Shown here in pieces: positions 43,234 through 45,306 of a stretch of DNA of 45,306 bases. Source of the stretch: Oscillospiraceae bacterium (lineage in GTDB: Bacteria > Bacillota > Clostridia > Oscillospirales > Oscillospiraceae); assembly GCA_028705905.1 (NCBI GenBank), contig JAQWCP010000001.1, positions 1 through 45,306 on the forward strand, written 5' to 3'. Each line of letters starts with the position of its first letter. The first letter of the stretch is position 1. The notes beneath the pieces were generated by a model, which was not told the origin of the DNA, did not search any database, and saw only the letters and a program-made list of their open reading frames with translations. The translations under genes and the position numbers were made by a program.

Positions 43234-43668
43234 ATGGACAAGAAAGAAAAGGCGAGTTTTTCTGTGCCGGAAATGCGCCGGATACTCGGCATGAGAAAAA
43301 CCGATTCATATTGGCTTGTTAAGAAAGGCTGTTTTGCAACCGTTATTGTTGGAGGACATATCCGAATCATGCGTGACAGCTTCGAGAAGTGGTATGCCGG
43401 TCAGTTCCACTACAGAAAAGCTGACGGCTCCCCACCGGGAGCAAAATGGACGGCAACGACCCGGTCTATCCGTGAAACGGCTCATCTGCTCAATATCAAA
43501 GAAGCAACGCTTTATGATCTGCTTAAAAAGAAGCCTTTCAAGACTTTGCAGATTGATAACAGAACCCGGATTGATATTGAGAGCTTTGAAGCATGGTACA
43601 GCAGCCAGACACATTACAAAAAAATTGAAAATCAAATCGGAGGTGAAAGTGATGGCGTCAATCGTTAA
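43234..43668 (+). CDS. Protein with two tandem excisionase-family HTH domains
   Basis: The first domain reads FSVPEMRRILGMRKTDSYWLVKKGCFATVIVGGHIRIMRDSFEKWY. The second reads RSIRETAHLLNIKEATLYDLLKKKPFKTLQIDNRTRIDIESFEAWY. Confidence 0.72.
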   Translation: MDKKEKASFSVPEMRRILGMRKTDSYWLVKKGCFATVIVGGHIRIMRDSFEKWYAGQFHYRKADGSPPGAKWTATTRSIRETAHLLNIKEATLYDLLKKKPFKTLQIDNRTRIDIESFEAWYSSQTHYKKIENQIGGESDGVNR

Positions 43669-45028
43669 GAGGAAAAGCAAATATTCCGTTGTCTATACCT
43701 GCGCGGACGAGAACGGCGCGAAAAAGCAGCGGTGGGAAACCTTCTCCACCAATGCGGAGGCAAAAAAGCGAAAGGCTCAAATCGAATTCCAGCAAAGCAC
43801 GGGAACCTTTATCGCTCCGACCGCAAAGACCCTCTGCGATTTACTGGAGGAATATGTATCAATCTACGGAATCAACACATGGGCGCTCTCAACCTACGAC
43901 GCCCGCAGGGGGCTGATTGACAATTACATCAACCCCTTGATCGGCGACATGAAGCTGGATGACATTACGCCCAGGCTCATGGATAAGTTTTATAAGGATT
44001 TGCAGACAGTCAAAGCAAAACCCCGTCCCTACCAAAAGCCGCAGCATGAGTTTGTATCTGCCCGCACGGTTAAGGAAATCCATAAGCTGCTTCGCAATGC
44101 GTTCAATCAGGCAGTCAAATGGGAGCTGATGTCCCGCAATCCCGTCCTCAACGCCACACTTCCCAAATGCGAAGCCAAGCCAAGGGAAATCTGGACGGCG
44201 GACACGCTGTTCAAAGCCCTTGAGGTATGCGATGACGACCTACTGGCGTTGGCGTTGAATCTTGCTTTTTCCTGCTCCCTTCGTATGGGAGAAATGCTCG
44301 GCCTGACATGGGATTGCGTTGACATTTCACAAACCAGCATTGATTCAGGCAGAGCCAGTATTTTTGTGAATAAGGAATTGCAACGGGCAACAAAGCAGTC
44401 GCTGGATGAGCTTGATAATAAGGGCGTGGTGAGGACGTTCCCCTCTGTCATGGCAAGCAAGCACACCGTTCTTTTGTTAAAGGAACCCAAGACCAAAACC
44501 AGCGTCCGAAAGGTGTTCCTGCCAAAGACCGTGGCGGAAATGCTGGTACAGCGCAAGCAGGAGCTTGAAGAACTGAAAGAGCTTCTCGGCGATGAGTATA
44601 CCGATTACGATCTCGTCATGTGCTCATCCAATGGGCGGCCAATCGAAGGTCAGATTATCAATCGCGGCTTGAACAAGCTGATTACAGAACACGATTTGCC
44701 GAAAGTAGTATTTCACAGCCTGCGGCATTCCAGCATCACCTACAAGCTGAAGCTCAACGGCGGCGATATGAAATCCGTGCAGGGTGATTCCGGCCACGCT
44801 CAGGTGAAAATGGTCGCAGATGTGTATTCGCATATTATTGACGAGGACAGACGGCTGAACGCACAGCGGTTTGAGGAAGCATTCTATTCAAACAGCACCT
44901 CTGAACAAGTGGCGGAGCAGCCGGAGCCGACCGCAGACAGCGCGCCCGACGATAAGGAGCTGCTTTTGAAGCTGCTTGCGAAGCCGGAACTGGCGACGCT
45001 CTTGAAAACCCTTGCGCAGTCCCTATAG
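43652..45028 (+). CDS. int: Tyrosine site-specific integrase (Tn916-Int-like)
   Basis: GGAGGTG at 43639-43645, ATG at 43652. The N-terminus is MASIVKRKSKYSVVY...RKAQIEF. The SAM-like and catalytic regions contain LRMGE, HSLRHS, and GHAQVKMVADVYSH (the catalytic Tyr region). Confidence 0.9.
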   Translation: MASIVKRKSKYSVVYTCADENGAKKQRWETFSTNAEAKKRKAQIEFQQSTGTFIAPTAKTLCDLLEEYVSIYGINTWALSTYDARRGLIDNYINPLIGDMKLDDITPRLMDKFYKDLQTVKAKPRPYQKPQHEFVSARTVKEIHKLLRNAFNQAVKWELMSRNPVLNATLPKCEAKPREIWTADTLFKALEVCDDDLLALALNLAFSCSLRMGEMLGLTWDCVDISQTSIDSGRASIFVNKELQRATKQSLDELDNKGVVRTFPSVMASKHTVLLLKEPKTKTSVRKVFLPKTVAEMLVQRKQELEELKELLGDEYTDYDLVMCSSNGRPIEGQIINRGLNKLITEHDLPKVVFHSLRHSSITYKLKLNGGDMKSVQGDSGHAQVKMVADVYSHIIDEDRRLNAQRFEEAFYSNSTSEQVAEQPEPTADSAPDDKELLLKLLAKPELATLLKTLAQSL

Positions 45029-45035
45029 ACAAGAA

Positions 45036-45080
45036 GAAAGACAAGACCTGACCACGTTATCAGAGCTTGTCTTTCTTTTC
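45036..45080 (+). terminator. Terminator candidate after int
   Basis: 10-bp stem GAAAGACAAG / CTTGTCTTTC followed by TTTTC. The loop is long (20 nt). Confidence 0.45.
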
Positions 45081-45306
45081 GTTTGGTGGTATTATCTTTA
45101 CAAACCTTGAATGTTTAACTAATGCCGTTTTCGAGTGTCCCAGCTAATCGGGTGCTAAGAAGAGCCTGTTATTTGCGGCTATATTAGCTTGATTTTGCTT
45201 ATACCCCATTGACTTCACAACCGACTCAAAGCCTTGCTGTGACTGCATTTCTTTGTACCCGGTTTACTCCGATTTATGGCTTTGGGTGGCACTCCTAAGC
45301 GGTAGG

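Larger units (their letters stand above)
1..45080 (+). mobile_element. Integrative conjugative element (partial; left end outside window, right end near or beyond the integrase terminator)
   Basis: The + strand carries a co-linear set: MobC and relaxase, T4CP, VirB4, VirB6-like, PrgI, Maff2, CHAP hydrolase, sortase, PcfB, and Xis-like HTH genes plus a tyrosine integrase at the right end. I could not identify att sites, so the right boundary is approximate. Confidence 0.85.

Noticed and set aside
43122-43322. 66-aa + strand ORF spanning the hairpin region
   Set aside because: It reads through the 14-bp hairpin and the RBS of the next gene. It has no RBS of its own, and its sequence is implausible.
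43316-43651. Long N-terminal extension of the integrase ORF (570-aa version)
   Set aside because: It overlaps the double-HTH gene in another frame. ATG 43652 follows GGAGGTG and gives the usual MASIVKRK... integrase N-terminus.
45081-45306. Possible tRNA, attR or host gene at the right edge
   Set aside because: I could not fold a cloverleaf. I also found no direct repeat matching elsewhere in the window, and the left ICE end is absent, so no call can be supported.

Overview
The window is the right-hand ~45 kb of a Clostridia-type integrative conjugative element (ICE); the left end lies outside the window. All backbone genes are on the + strand and many are translationally coupled through ATGA or TAATG overlaps.

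Gene order:
- 77-2814: five small coupled ORFs of unknown function.
- 2827-11229: a 2.8k-aa polyvalent protein with an ArdC-like N-terminus, an N6-adenine methyltransferase and an SNF2 helicase.
- 11349-13059: an XRE-Fic / zinc-ribbon / DUF3848-like cassette bracketed by short repeats.
- 13206-14701: a DUF3991-Toprim primase-like gene and two DpnD/PcfM-like genes.
- 14735-16736: candidate oriT, a 38-aa membrane ORF, MobC and the relaxase.
- 16711-28050: PcfB, an ArdC-like protein, and the Gram-positive T4SS set (VirD4-type coupling protein, Maff2, VirB6-like, Cys-rich VLP, PrgI, VirB4, coiled-coil protein, class B sortase, CHAP hydrolase).
- ~28.1-40.6 kb: a visibly more A/T-rich cargo island. 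It holds a minus-strand NTF2-like/LytTR regulator and two giant paralogous surface proteins with non-LPXTG sorting signals. The first is split by an in-frame TAA.
- 40667 onward: a group IIC intron 5' remnant that starts immediately after the cargo terminator.
- 41286-45028: the regulation and recombination module (sigma-70 region-4 protein, MazF fused to a zinc finger, three excisionase-type HTH domains in two ORFs, tyrosine integrase).

The most unusual observation is a complete TnpV-family gene with its own SD and ATG at 3674-4024. It is embedded out of frame inside the polyvalent ORF, exactly where that ORF's translation turns into a low-complexity linker.

All family assignments come from reading the translations and from memory. 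No searches were run.
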